Assembly (NCBI GenBank): GCA_965203445.1
Contig: OZ241883.1
Span: 1,888,001 to 1,952,000, forward strand
Direction of reading: 5' to 3'
DNA length: 64,000 bases
Source of the DNA: Candidatus Oxydemutator sp.
GTDB lineage: Bacteria > Pseudomonadota > Gammaproteobacteria > Poriferisulfidales > Oxydemutatoraceae
In this document: positions 63,213 through 64,000 of the stretch, piece by piece
How positions within the stretch are numbered: the stretch's first letter is position 1
Layout of the letters: each line of letters starts with the position of its first letter
The notes under the pieces: generated by a model
Database searches by the model: none
What the model was told of the DNA's origin: nothing
Seen by the model: only the letters and a program-made list of their open reading frames with translations
Position numbers and translations under genes: made by a program

Positions 63213-63230
63213 CCCGGGCCGCGGCCCGGG
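63213..63230. terminator. Palindrome between convergent greA and mutS
   Basis: CCCGGGCC-GC-GGCCCGGG; no U-tract, so terminator role uncertain. Confidence 0.4.
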
Positions 63231-63233
63231 CGC

Positions 63234-64000
63234 TCAATCCTTCGGAGTTTCCGCCAGCTCTTTCAGACGGTAGAGCAGCTCCAGCGCCGTGCGCGGGCTT
63301 ACATTGTCGGGATTGGTCTCGCGCAGTTCGTCGCGCAACGCGTCGGCAGCGGCGCCCTCGGCGGCGGCCAGGCCCAGCGGCATTTGATCCGGGGCGCGCG
63401 CGAGCGCCGGGTTGTCGCTTTCCATCTGCGCCAGTTTCTTGCGCGCCGCCTCGATCACGGGCTTCGGGATGCCGGCGAGGCGCGCGACTTGCAGACCGTA
63501 GCTCTTGCTGGCGGCGCCCTCCTTGACCTTGTGCAGGAACACGATGTTCTCCTCGTGCTCGGCCGCGTCTATGTGGACGTTGTGCAGCGCGTCATGGTGC
63601 CCGGCGAGCGCGGTCAGCTCGAAGTAGTGGGTTGCGAACATCGTCAGCGAGCGGTTCACGCCGGCCAGGTGCGAGGCGCAGGCCCAGGCCAGGCTCAGGC
63701 CGTCGAAGGTGCCGGTGCCGCGCCCGATCTCATCCATCAGCACCAGGCTGTTCTCGGTCGCGTTGTTCAGGATGTTCGCGGCCTCGGTCATCTCGACCAT
63801 GAACGTCGAGCGTCCGGAGGCGATGTCGTCGGCGCCGCCGATGCGCGTGAAGATGCGGTCTATCGGCCCGATCTCGGCGTCGTCGGCGGGCACGAAGGCG
63901 CCGACGTGCGCGAGCAGCACGATCAGCGCGGTCTGGCGCATGTAGGTGGATTTGCCGCCCATGTTCGGGCCTGTGACGATCAACATGCGGCGCGTGTCGT
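63234..64000 (-). CDS. mutS: DNA mismatch repair protein MutS (5' truncated by window edge)
   Basis: [40 protein letters not shown]. Confidence 0.98.
   Translation of the reverse strand, partial: DTRRMLIVTGPNMGGKSTYMRQTALIVLLAHVGAFVPADDAEIGPIDRIFTRIGGADDIASGRSTFMVEMTEAANILNNATENSLVLMDEIGRGTGTFDGLSLAWACASHLAGVNRSLTMFATHYFELTALAGHHDALHNVHIDAAEHEENIVFLHKVKEGAASKSYGLQVARLAGIPKPVIEAARKKLAQMESDNPALARAPDQMPLGLAAAEGAAADALRDELRETNPDNVSPRTALELLYRLKELAETPKD

Overview
High-GC proteobacterial chromosome segment; gene order and protein sequences suggest Gammaproteobacteria. 1-21 kb holds the 3' part of rpoC and the complete str, S10, spc and alpha ribosomal-protein operons. 21-41 kb is a mixed region: a low-GC two-gene cassette, an intact IS5-family element, a tight operon of 5-formyl-THF cyclo-ligase, an Ftr/FhcD-like formyltransferase and folD, solitary glycosyltransferase-like genes (one with a ~28-nt homopolymer), ilvD, egtB/C/D, phoBR, pstCAB, a Phd-VapC pair, pseI and an IS remnant. 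41-64 kb holds addA, parE, a three-gene Menshen-like defence island bounded by a 44-bp direct repeat of the parE 3' end, a HAD hydrolase, parC, htpX, a DASS transporter, epmB-efp-epmA, carAB, greA and partial mutS. Most notable: (i) the cyclo-ligase/ftr/folD operon, which may bridge the methanofuran/H4MPT and folate C1 pools; (ii) a tuf gene with an abrupt, strongly G-rich/C-poor codon tract; (iii) the integrase-free defence island inside the parE-parC operon; (iv) three short perfect tandem duplications at gene stop/start junctions. All calls come from motif recognition by eye; no database search was run.
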